Assembly: GCF_001194135.2 (NCBI RefSeq)
Contig: NC_068982.1
Location: 129,771,516 to 129,813,563, forward strand
DNA length: 42,048 nucleotides
From: Octopus bimaculoides
Lineage: Eukaryota
Reading direction: 5' to 3'
Made by a program: the position numbers and the translations under genes. Below are positions 12,073 to 22,669 of this stretch, piece by piece. The first letter of the stretch is position 1; every line of letters starts with the position of its first letter. The notes under the pieces were generated by a model. That model was not told the DNA's origin and made no database searches. It was given only the letters and a program-made list of their open reading frames with translations.

Positions 12073-12608
12073 ACAGCCAGCTACATATAGCATTTAGAAG
12101 AAGAGGGTATACCATACAAAATTAAATGGTAACTCTTGGAACAACTGGACCATACCTTAATAAGAACAGATGATGCAAACTTTACTTGGCTGAGAGAGCA
12201 AGGGTCCTAAAGAATTCACTTGACCTGGGGGCCTTCTTAAATGCCAAAGGTGAGATATTTAGTTGATGTACTTATGAGAGGGAATTCATGTTGAAGACAT
12301 GGAATTCCCCACTTGCTGATTAACAAATGGAAATCATGCATGTACTAACCCTTTTGGGACACAGCAGCAACCAGTCAAAGAGAGATAACTCCATCTCACC
12401 TAGCTGAAATGTTGCTCAGTAGAATTTTGTTTCAGGGTTTTTCACAACCCTGACTGACCAAGACTGTTTTCCTACCTCTGATAATAGAGAGGTTATGTAT
12501 CTCTGGTCAGCAGGTCTGATGAGTTACCTCTATCATTACAAGCATTATAAGTGTGAAATCAATTGTAACTCCCTGACCTCAGTCATAACCAACAATTATA
12601 TTGTATAT

Positions 12609-13080
12609 CATCATCATTTAACATTCACTCTTCATGTTGGCATGGGTTTGACGGTTTGACTGGAACTAATAAGCTGGAGAGCTGTACCAGGCTCCAGTCT
12701 GATTTTGGTTTGGTTTCTACAACTGGATGTCCTTCCTAATACCAACCAATCCATGAGTGTAATGGATGCCTTTTATGTGTCACTAGCATGGGTGCATTTA
12801 CATATCACCAGCCCTGGTGCTTTTACATGTACACCAGCACTGGCCACAACTCACTTGGCTTGATGAGTCTTCTCAAGCACAGTAAATTGCCAAAGGTCAT
12901 AACCTCCGTGAGATTCCACATGCAAAGATCATGCTTCACCACATTGTCCCATGTCTTCTTGAGTCTACCTCTTCCACAGGTTCCTTCTACAGTTAGAAAT
13001 CAACACTTCTTTACAGAGTTGTCCTTATCCATGACCATACCAGTGCAGTTCTCTTGCATGCCACATCTGATGCCTAAATA
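12609..13080 (-). mobile_element. RTE LINE 3' fragment with (GAT)n tail
   Basis: Minus strand encodes SVKKC..LTVEGTCGRGRLKKTWDNVVKHDL, followed by the RTE 3' UTR and a (TGA)n tail at 12609. Confidence 0.8.
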
Positions 13081-13082
13081 TA

Positions 13083-14353
13083 CAGGGGTTGGACAAAATA
13101 ATGGAAACGCCTTAAAATTTCAAACAAAATTTATTTTAATATGGGGTAGGACCACCTTTGGCAGTAATTACAGCTTGAATTCTATGAGGTATGGACTCGT
13201 ACAAAGTTTGAATTGTTTCCAAAGGAATTTTTGTCCATTCTTCAACTAAAACCGTCTTCAGTTCTTGTAGTGATGGTAGTGGAGAATATCAGCTCCTTAT
13301 TTGTTTTTCTAAAATGCACCATAAATGTTCAATAATATTGAGATCTAGGGACTGTAGTGGCCAGATAAGATGTTCAACTTCACTAGAATGTTCCTTGTGC
13401 CATTCAGTAACAACTTTAGCTGTGTGAATTGGTGCATTGTAATCCTGAAACATTGCGTTTCCCTCTGGAAACAGATCCACAACCATAAGATGAATTTGAT
13501 CAAATAAAATGCTTAACAGTCTTGACTATTAATTCTGCCATGAAGGGAAAACATTGGGCCAGCAGATTTCCAAGATATCGCACCCCACCGATCATCACAG
13601 ACCCTCCTCCATGTTTAACAGTTGGAAGACGGCAGTCTGGGTCAAATGCTTCTTGTGGCTGTCTCCACATGTGTACTCAGCCGGTGGTTGGAAATAAGGT
13701 AAAAGATGACTCATCTGAGAAAATAACATTCTTCCACAGCTCTAGGGACCAATTCTGTAGGCTTTTACTCCACTCTAAATGCTTTGTGATGTTTGTTTTT
13801 GAAAGTAGTGATTTTCTGATTGCAGACTTCCCATGAACTCCAACTTTGTGCAGCTCCCGGTGAACAGTTTTTTGTGGAAACTGAGTTCTCAAGGTGGTCA
13901 TTATGCTCTGCAGTAATTTTGAGAGCTGTACTTTTGTGACCCTTTCTAACAATTTGCATAAGAGTCCGATGGTCCCTATCTGAAAGTTTTGGTTTCTTTC
14001 TGGAGTTTTGTTTTCATGAGGAGGTTTTTCCCTTTCTCAAAGGTTGTCATTACTTTTGAGACAGTACTTCTTGATACACCAAACATTTTGGCTGTTTTCA
14101 TTACACTAGTACCTGCCATATGAGCACCAACAATTTGACCTCTTTGAAAGTCTGATAGATCTGTCATTTTAATGAATTTTAATTACCTTTTTCTGATGAT
14201 ATCTAAAAGAAACAGTAATTTTAGCAAAACATATAAAGCAACACTAATAATAAATCAAAAAACAAAAATAAACAAGCTTTTGATGGTTTTATAGAGGTTT
14301 CAAAATTGTGATGCTATGACGCTAGGTGTTTTCATTATTTTGTCCAACCACTG
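13083..14353 (-). mobile_element. Tc1 (DD34E-type) DNA transposon, full length (1271 bp), transposase pseudogene
   Basis: TA|caggggttggacaaaataatggaaac...gttttcattattttgtccaaccactg|TA. Transposase runs from MTDLSDFQRGQIVGAHMAG (14167) through VIFSDES, TVKHGGGSVM, FQDYNAPIH and WPLQSLDLNIIEHLW to about 13140, with frameshifts. Confidence 0.95.
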
Positions 14354-14439
14354 TATATATATGCACACACACACAAACTTATGTATGACTACAACAATGG
14401 GTCCAGTGCCTTTTGTGGATAAGAATGGGAAGGAGCAAG

Positions 14440-15455
14440 TTCAGAGAACTCTTACCTCTGTTAGCAACCAGAGGTCCCTCTCTTTGAGTGAAGGGAAGAT
14501 TGTATGATGCATTATGATGCATGTGTATGAATTGCAACACTGCATTTTAGGGACACAATGGGTTCTGAATGCAGAGGACATGTGAGAACTGGAGAGGAAT
14601 GAGGCTAGTATGGTCCACTGGATGTGCAATGTTAGTATACATATGCAACAAAGCACAGGTGTATTGAGAGAGAAGTTGGGCATAAGAAGTATATTTAGTG
14701 TACAAGAGAGAAGACTGCACTGGTTTGGTCATGTGATGTGGTTGGATGAGGACAGTTGCATAAAGAAGTGCTAACTTAAGTGGAGGGAAATTGTGGAAGA
14801 GGGAAACTCAGGAAGAAATGGGATGTAGTATTGAAGGCTGATCTCAAAATAGTGAGCCTTAGACAGAAAATGACAGAGGATTGAGATATGTGGCACATCA
14901 CTGTACTCAAGAAGACCTGCCCAACACAACAGAATTGAGATCCTAAAACCAAGGTGTCACATAAAAAGAGCACTGGTGCTGGTGCCACTGGTGATGGTAC
15001 TATGTAAAAAGTATCCAGTACACTCTATAAAGAGGGGTTGGCATTAGGAAAGGCATCCAGCCTTTAGGAAAGGCGACGAGCTAGCAGAAACGTTAGCACA
15101 CCGGGCAAAATGCTTAGCGGTATTTCGTCTGCCGTTACATTCTGAGTTCAAATTCCGCGGAGGTCGACTTAGCCTTTCATCCTTTCGGGGTCGATAAATT
15201 AAGTACCAGTTGCGCACTGGGGTCGATGTAATCGACTTAATCTCTTTGTCTGTCCTTGTTTGTCCCCTCTGTGTTTAGCACCTTGTGGGCAATAAAGAAA
15301 TAGGAAAGGCATCCAGCCATAGAAAACAAACCAAAACAGACTGGAAACTGGTATGGCCCCCAAGTCATACCAGTTTCTAGCCTTGCCAGTTCCTGTCAAG
15401 CCATTCAACCCATTCCAGCATGGATAACAGACGTTAAATGATGATGATGATGATG
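14440..15455 (+). mobile_element. RTE LINE 3' fragment (RT C-terminus, 3' UTR, (GAT)n tail), interrupted by a SINE
   Basis: Plus strand encodes LERNEASMVHWMCNV...LREKLGIR...QERRLHWFGHV...GRGKLRKKW. The UTR is split at 15063-15300 and the tail gacgttaaatgatgatgatg ends at about 15455. Confidence 0.82.
15063..15300 (+). mobile_element. Young tRNA-derived SINE with 18-bp target-site duplication
   Basis: Perfect flanking direct repeat taggaaaggcatccagcc at 15045-15062 and 15301-15318. The body has a box B-like gagttcaaattcc and an A-rich end aataaagaaa. Confidence 0.88.
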
Positions 15456-15597
15456 ATACACACATGCACCCCTTCCCCTGCCGCACACACACATGTACCC
15501 CCCCTCCACACATACACATTGTTCTTTCACAAGAATAGTCCAACTCATGCCAGCATAGAAGAAGGATAATGGCTATGATGGTGATGATGATGATGAA

Positions 15598-15692
15598 TAT
15601 TGACAGTGACTTCGAAGTTTTGACCAGTTAAGCCATCATCAGGCAGTCCGATGATGGCTTAGCTGGTCGAAACTTCAAAGTCACAGTCAATA
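15598..15692. ncRNA. 43-bp palindrome made of two inverted, degenerate Penelope-type minimal hammerhead ribozyme motifs
   Basis: Minus arm: ggactgc-CTGATGA-tggcttaactggtc-AAAAC-ttcgaa-GTC-actgtc. Plus arm: c-CGATGA-tggcttagctggtc-GAAAC-ttcaaa-GTC-acagtc. The arms pair over 43 bp around a 9-nt loop. Confidence 0.6.
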
Positions 15693-15840
15693 CAACTCTT
15701 GTTAAAAAATAATAAATTTGTGCTCTAAATGCACTGAGTAATCCTGTAAAACTGTTTTTATTATAACATAATAACATAATATGCGCCTATGTTAAAATAA
15801 TACAAACAAAAATACCAAATTAATATCTGAAGAGAAATGT

Positions 15841-15846
15841 TTTATT
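15841..15846 (-). terminator. Candidate polyadenylation signal of NDUFB3
   Basis: AATAAA on the minus strand about 105 nt after the stop codon; a second AATAAA lies at 15757-15762. Confidence 0.5.
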
Positions 15847-15951
15847 TTCAAGAAACAAATCAGTACATTTCAGTTTCTACACACGACTGGATACTTCTTT
15901 GCTAAACAGTTGGCTGTTTCAATAAATGTAGATCTTATTAAATGGTTAGTG

Positions 15952-16120
15952 TTAATGGTGAGCTTCATCTTTCTTGGGACTATATTTTGATAGCAATTTT
16001 TCAGCCAAGACTGTTACAACCATTGCTGCAAAAGCATACTTAAAACCACATAAAGCAGAACTCCTTAAGTTCACCATAACAGGATTCCAGTTCTTTTTAT
16101 GGTAACGCCAGACTTCATTT
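15952..16120 (-). CDS. NDUFB3: NADH:ubiquinone oxidoreductase subunit B3 (B12), coding exon 2
   Basis: Acceptor tgtttttcag|A. The phase-2 junction AG|A gives Arg and restores DPWIR-NEVWRY. The exon encodes NEVWRY...GFKYAFAAMVVTVLAEKLL...DEAHH*, matching the family pattern (human DPWGRNEAWRY...GFKWGFAAFVVAV...KKHH). Confidence 0.95.
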
Positions 16121-16295
16121 CTGAAAAACAGAATAAAAAGTAAGTTCCATTTAACATATTCTAATGTAATTTTATTTTTCAAATATCTAATTTTGAATAT
16201 CTCAAGGTCAGGGCTAACACAAACTCCATTAGATGTTTCATATAAGTTGATTCAGTCTCCATAACTTTGTAGTAAAAAAAGAAAAAAAACTTCTT

Positions 16296-16355
<60 letters not shown>

Positions 16356-16810
16356 AACGTGAAGTATATTTGCCACTTAAATGCAGCTAACCACTAAGGG
16401 TGAATGCTACTGTAGCTTGTAGCCCCAGGAGGACACCTCCTCCAGCTGGCTATTGACACACTTTCTGTGCCCTATCGGTATTTGCAAAGGGAAGTCATCC
16501 GACCTGACGTGATACGCACGGACCCGAGTTTCTGGGCATTAACCCTTCGTCAGTGCACAACAATCACCGGTCTTCGATGCGAAGGAGTCCCGATGCAAAT
16601 ACATATATATCCTTTTTCCAGTGACAAAAAGTCACTGATCTCGAAAAAGGGTAAACAAGCAATACTAAATCTCTGAATGAAGTATCAACAGTAGCTGCAT
16701 GACAACGTGAAGTATATTTGCCACTTAAATGCAGCTAACCACTAAGGGTGAATGCTACTGTAACTTGTAGCCCCAGGAGAACACCTTCTCCAGCTGGCTA
16801 TTGACACACT
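16356..16810 (-). mobile_element. Penelope pseudo-LTR / retrozyme-like repeat: about 1.3 copies of a 348-bp unit, flanked by TA-rich microsatellite
   Basis: 107-bp direct repeat at 16356-16462 and 16704-16810 (three substitutions seen). A hammerhead-like core lies on the minus strand between the repeats. Confidence 0.6.
16513..16560 (-). ncRNA. Hammerhead ribozyme-like motif (non-canonical)
   Basis: ttgtgca-CTGACGA-a-ggg-ttaatg-ccc-a-GAAAC-tcgg-GTC-cgtgcgta: the core boxes are in the correct order, with a G-C stem II and a GUC triplet. Stem I pairing is imperfect. Confidence 0.45.
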
Positions 16811-17525
16811 ATACATATACATATATATATATAATTAAATTAGGCAGCAGTTTAGCAATGTAACACCAAAAAGGAAAATTATAATAGTCATTTAACTTTA
16901 AATATACATACATATATATATGGATTGATAAGTAGATGCAATGGGCTTCCACACTGTTTCTGTCTACCAAAGTTTACACAAATCATTAATCAACTTGAGG
17001 TGATAATAAAAGACACTTGTCCAAGGTGAAATACAGTGGGAAAGAAATCTAGAACCACATTATTCTGAAGCAAACTTATTAACCATAGTTATGTTTGCTT
17101 CTATATTATTGATATGCTTTGTTTTAGAATCCATATTAGAATACATTGGATAACGTATTATACTGCCTTCATTAAAATTGTAGGTTCAAGTTTAACCATA
17201 TAAACTTTACTTTGATAAGACATTGAGAGTGGAATACAGGGAATTAAGATTTGTTAAAACTTTACAAACATAGTTGTACAGAAGTAGAATAAGATAAATG
17301 AATTATATTTTCGATTCTGTTTCATAGTTAAGATTGTTTACCTTTCGATGTATAATAAAAATAAGAAATAACACCTCAAGATCGAAGTGACAAGTGTATG
17401 AGAAGGCCTGTAAATTCCAGCGAGGTTGACTTCTAAGACTGCACAATCAATACTACCTAGGTAGACTTTTACCCATACAAAGAATCAAATAAAATACAAT
17501 TTCCAAAGAAATTATACATTTCACG

Positions 17526-17616
17526 TTTCTCCAGTCCTCAGTCAAATCGTCCAACCCATGCTAGCATGGAAAGCAGACGTTAAACGACGATGATGATGAT
17601 GATGATGATGATGATG
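17526..17616 (+). mobile_element. RTE-tail retroposon fragment with (GAT)n tail
   Basis: ccagtcctcagtcaaatcgtccaacccatgctagcatggaaagcagacgttaaacg(atg)n. Confidence 0.8.
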
Positions 17617-17701
17617 AAAACTATACAAATATTCTCTTGACTTCTAATCCCTTTTTAGACATAGATTTTTGATAAAATGTTTTAAGTGCCTTACATAAAT
17701 G

Positions 17702-17975
17702 TCATCATCATCATCATCATCGTTTAACGTCCGCTTTCCATGCTAGCATGGGTTGGACGATTTGGCTGAGGACTGGTGAAACCGGATGGCAACACCAGGC
17801 TCCAATCTAATTTGGCAGAGTTTCTACAGCTGGATGCCCTTCCTAACGCCAACCACTCAGAGAGTGTAGTGGGTGCTTTTACGTGTCACCCGCACGAAAA
17901 CGGCCATGCTCGAAATGGTGTCTTTTATGTGCCACCCGCACAAGAGCCAGTCCAGGGGCACTGGCAACGATCTCA
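17702..17975 (-). mobile_element. RTE-tail retroposon (SINE-like 3' UTR copy)
   Basis: (cat)n-cgtttaacgtccgctttccatgctagcatggg...; near-identical copies at 24153-24460, 25168-25330, 34200-34500 and 41914-42048. Confidence 0.85.
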
Positions 17976-18384
17976 ATAAAATAAATATGTACAAATCATA
18001 AAAAAAAATATATATATATATTAATAGTATTGGGAAAAGAACCAAGGTCTATGAACTCATCGAGGAAGCTTAATTTAATTTTAATTTTTAATAAATTGAT
18101 TTTAATTGAGTTTTTACCTGTAATTTTGGATTTTATCCCTAATATATATATATATATAGTACAGTACTGTTTTTACTTAGCAGATTTTCACCTATCGCGG
18201 GGTGAGGGCGGTTTGGAACGTAACACCAGCGATAGACGTGGGATTACATGTCCCAATATAACAGCAGACGTACGACTGAAACCAATCAGTACAAGGGAGA
18301 CAATTCTACGAAGTTATCAATTACTTCCTTTTATACGTTGTGCAAAACCTTCTGCAACGTGATGAGCATGACACTTGTTTAGCC

Positions 18385-18729
18385 CAGTGAATCTCAACCC
18401 CAATTTTTTTTTTTACATATGGAGCCCTTTGANNNNNNNNNNTATGGAGCCCTTTGATTCCTATTCTACTCAGATAGACCTTCATATCCATTCGATGTTC
18501 AAAAAAAAAAAAAAAAAAAAAAAAAATCCGATTATATCATTAAGAATTGTATTAAAATATTTGTAGTGGGAATAGGGAGATCATTCGACCATCTTAGCTA
18601 CCGCTACATATTGTCGAAATATTTTGTGTATTATTTAAAGTATAAGCAATTTATTGCTGATAAACTTTAGCAACCAAAAATGTTCTCTGGAGACTTGAGC
18701 ATCGGGTGGACCCCGTTTGAAAACCACTG
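18385..18729. mobile_element. hAT-superfamily MITE with 8-bp TSD
   Basis: Ends cagtgaatctcaac and gtttgaaaaccactg. Perfect TSD GTTTAGCC at 18377-18384 and 18730-18737. Contains a 10-N gap. Confidence 0.88.
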
Positions 18730-19209
18730 GTTTAGCCAGAAGTTAGCCCTCATCCAAACATGCTTCAGCCATGATCGTTACGCGTTTGTTTTTCAGACAG
18801 TATATCTGTGACTTGGCTGTTGTTTCCAGCATGTCAGTTGGCCACAGCAATTCCTTCGCTGTTTTGTGCGTGTATTTAAAGAATATCTAAAACAAAAATG
18901 CTATCTTTGCATGGTAATATTACTACCTGAAATAATGGATATATATATATTGGAATTTGATTAAAGGAAGGTGCCAAAAACAAAAAGGACAGAAGAAAGT
19001 ATGATTACACTTGACAACATCTACAATCACATGATTTTACTCTGATCCACTCATTTCATGAACTGCTTTGCAACCATGTGGTTTTGGGTTCAGTTTCTCT
19101 GTACAGCACCTTGGGCAAGTTTCTTCTACAGTGGCTCCTGGCCAAAGTCTTGTGAGTGGCTTTGATAGACAAAAACTAAGAGAGGCCCATTGTGTGTGTC
19201 TGTGTGTTG

Positions 19210-20830
19210 AACCTTGTTGGCCTTCCAAAGTTAGCAATCTTGATGCTGTTGAGGTTTTGTTTAAATTGTTGAAAATAAACATCTGCAGGGAAAACATGAG
19301 TAGGAAGAAGATTCTAGAGTGATTGCGTTTTAAGGAGGAAGAACTAAGCATAGTGATCAGTGTGGATGGGGACACAACAGGGGTAGTGGCAGGTGGACAA
19401 ATGAATGAGCCAGAACTGAATGGAATAGGTATGTGACTAGCTAGCTCTAAGAGCAGAGACCACTGTGGTAGTGATAGGATAAGGAGAATGCACAAGCTGA
19501 GGCATGTCTGTTAGTGATTGAATGCTTGTCAGTTGGATGGCTCTTTTTTGGATGTGGCCTAAGATATCTGTGTGCATAGCAGCAACACTATCCAAATGTA
19601 GAGCAGTACTATATTGTGGGCTCCATTCAAACCTTGTAGAATGTCAGCAACAGTTGGGAGTTGAAATATTTTCTGACTCTAAAAAGAAGAGACAGTCTTT
19701 GAAATGTAGTCCTAACAATGTTAAGGAAATACATTTGCCTCAGCAGCAGTAAGACTTTACATTTGTAGCAACCTTGAGGGCTCAAGTTTAGCGCTGCTCA
19801 TGTTTAATAGGGTACAGTGTAGTGCTGTTTCCTTTATGACTATTGCTGGGGTTTTTTGCTATTACATGAGACAAAATTGGTATGACACCGAATGGTGGAT
19901 GCTTATGAGGTCTTCATTCATGGAATCCATGCATGTTTAACATGTTAGTGTCTAGGTTACTTGGGGATGATGTATGGTTGAGGAAAGATGGGGGAAGAAT
20001 GAAGACTTGTATCATTTGCACAATGGGTGTTGTTGTAGTGACAAATATAAAGGGAGGAGGGTGGAGGATAAAACTGAATTCAGAGGCATAAGAGAGTTGA
20101 TTAAGTGTTGGGCAGAAAGAGCTCTGTTAACACATGCCACAATTGTGTGATCTAATAGAAAACTGCCAGTCCAAAAAATGAGAGATGAGTGGAGTCCATA
20201 GGCAGGAAGATTTGATAGGAAATTTGCATACTGAACACCACTGAAGGTTTTGCTGATGTTTAGGGTAACAGAAATGCTTTTGCCAAACTTCTCTGAAGCA
20301 AGATCTCACTTATGAATGACATAAGAGAGTAAATTTCCAGTAGATCTAGCTTTACAGAAGCTGCATTGGATGGATGGGTGGGTGGGTGGATGGATGGATA
20401 GACAGAGATAAATAGAGAGAGAGAGAGAGAGGTATTAAGGTGAGGGAACATCACTACTATTAGCTGTCTACATTACATTAGAAATGTTACAGTTAAGTAC
20501 AATAACATGATAGTTGTTTAGGTCGGAGTGCCTTTCTTTGGAATGGGATACACTGCAGCACGTTTTGAAAAGCCAGGCTATATCCTTGTAGAGTGTGTGG
20601 GATTAAAAAGTTAGGAAGGTATAAAGGTAAGTTCTGGGGCACAGTGTTTGAATAGGGCATTGTCAAGGCCTGTGACTTTGTTGGCTTGCAGCAACTGAAC
20701 ATATTTCCACACTTGGCATGTGTGTTTGTATAATATAGCAATGACCAGATTAATATGTTGATGATCTGTATGGTATAGAATCTTCACATTATCCTTTCTA
20801 ATAGTATAAAACCTTTTTATCAATGTAGCA
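19210..20830 (-). mobile_element. CR1/Jockey-like LINE, old RT-to-3' fragment
   Basis: Degenerate minus-strand motifs NKVTGLDN..KHCAPEL, VYPIPKKG, ISKTF....ANFLSNLPAYG and LNSVLSSTLL, plus a C-terminal SSRSHF-type region. Interrupted by (GGAT/GGGT)n and (GA)n at about 20365-20430. Confidence 0.7.
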
Positions 20831-21849
20831 GTCGTTTGACCTGCTAGAATAACCAGCCACCTCCTGAAAATAAATAAAAACACCAGACCATCTTTTTAAA
20901 AAAAGGAATGATGCGTTGGAGAATAAATACCTGGATTTTCAAAAGGACAGAATGATCTCAGATCGATTGGCTATTTGACAGAACTTGACATGGAGTTAAA
21001 TAACTATTTAGCTAAGCAACTAGGTAGCCTCTAAGCGGACAAATGTGGTCGCACGAAATACCAACCAAACTTCGAGTCAACTTTTTAAAAAAGCAGGACA
21101 CATTGGGTAATGGGGTCGTACGTACGCTGGACCCGGAAAAAGGCAATTGTCGAGCTTGGAATGCCTTTGATCATAGTCGATCAAGGCTAACCTACAGCCA
21201 AAAGACAAATGTTTGGAGTGTGGAGATGACAGACAGTAATAAATTCTATCAAGCCTAGATAACGATCCAATTGTCTGAAGTTATTGGTATATGTAAGCAC
21301 TTGGGAAAGGCACTTTCCCACAATTCTTGTAACACTCACCAACAAATCGGAGGATTTGAGCCTATACATTTATATTTGATTTATTTATTGTTTAGAAGAA
21401 TGCAATGGTACGAAGTGTATATTGTAGCAGAATCCTGAAGGTGCACTCAATGTATTAAAAAGGTGTAGGCTCTTAGAGTAAGAAACTAAGTTCAATATAC
21501 TTAAAATTTGAAGTGTGTTGAATTGTGTTTCGTTAATTTGATATTATATTTTTAAAAGACGTGGTTTAAGTTAGATTTGTGTCTTGACAAACAGATTTAA
21601 CCCACGCGATGTATAAAAGACGATATTTATGCTAATGTCCTTGAAAGAAACATGTTACAAAAAAGCAAAACTAAAAGGAAAAAAGAAATGATCATTCATA
21701 ATATATATTGTATAAGTACTGTAAGAACGATTCGCCAATTTCAGTAATTCATATTATTTAGTTATATATTTAAGAATGTGTATAATTCAATAACAACGAA
21801 ATATAAAGGGTTCGTTTCATAAAGAAATATTCGTGAATACTTTACCAAC

Positions 21850-21968
21850 CTAATCCATGGATCTTTTAGCCCGTGGGAGGCCAGTCTCTTCTCTAAAATT
21901 TGTAATCGTGGCGCATCTTCCACTTTATACTGACTCCAGTCAGGAACTTCAAATTTCTCAACTCCCAT
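21850..21968 (-). CDS. NDUFB3: NADH:ubiquinone oxidoreductase subunit B3 (B12), coding exon 1
   Basis: MGVEKFEVPDWSQYKVEDAPRLQILEKRLASHGLKDPWI(R) matches the family N-terminus (human [33 protein letters not shown]). Donor AG|GTTGGT at 21849. The intron is 5729 bp and the joined CDS is 288 nt (95 aa). Confidence 0.95.
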
Positions 21969-22669
21969 TATTGATAGACATGTATTCTATGACCTCCGCC
22001 GTTTCGTGACTTTCACAGCAGAGATGGTTTCTGCCTTAGTTTCGTAAAAGAAGAAGGGGACGTAATTGCTTGAGTCCTCTTTAAAGTCGACGTTATTATC
22101 TCTCTTTGATACATGACCCACCAAGCTTTCTTTTTATTCATTTGATACAAAACCTTACCGAATATATTGTTTTCCAAGCACTTTTTCGTTGTTACCTTGC
22201 ATTTCTGGATGAAACTACATGAATAGAAGAAAACATCGTACGTTCTAATGCACATGTACGAATGAGTTTGTATGAATACATGTACTGTTTCTCCTTCCTA
22301 ATTTCAATTTACTATTTTCAAATAATGCATTCATTTTGATAGATGTTTCTTTGCGACTGTCACTGGAATGGAATCGCCAACATCTCCTACCCCAACGATA
22401 GTGCGTTGGTTCGCTCGTTTCATGACCATATATATCATAGGGAAACAAACAATCTGAATTTCTTCCAATTTTCTAAATGAATTCTCCACAACTTATAATT
22501 TGGAATGGCAGGCTGTATTTAATCATGTCAAAAGGGCCAACGAAAAAAATTGTTTTACGAAGCTGGGTAAAAACGAAGTTCCAACAAATTTAATGGCTTA
22601 ATTGGTGGACCAGTGCAGCTCAAAGATCTTTAAATTTACATATGCTAAGCATTTGGCATATGAACTTTC

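Noticed and set aside
12788-13249. 153-aa plus-strand ORF
   Set aside because: It is an antisense read-through across an RTE fragment and the Tc1 terminus.
18418-18457. Direct repeat tatggagccctttga on both sides of a 10-N gap
   Set aside because: It is a typical scaffolding overlap duplication at a contig join, not a biological repeat.
19037-19495. 152-aa minus-strand ORF
   Set aside because: It spans a SINE and the 3' end of a decayed CR1-like LINE and is a low-complexity chance frame.
22013-22448. Two minus-strand ORFs (80 and 67 aa) immediately upstream of NDUFB3
   Set aside because: They have no recognisable motif and no consistent splice phase to NDUFB3, whose own ATG gives a complete family-length protein. 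They are probably promoter or 5' flank; a possible non-coding donor at about 22158 is unverified.
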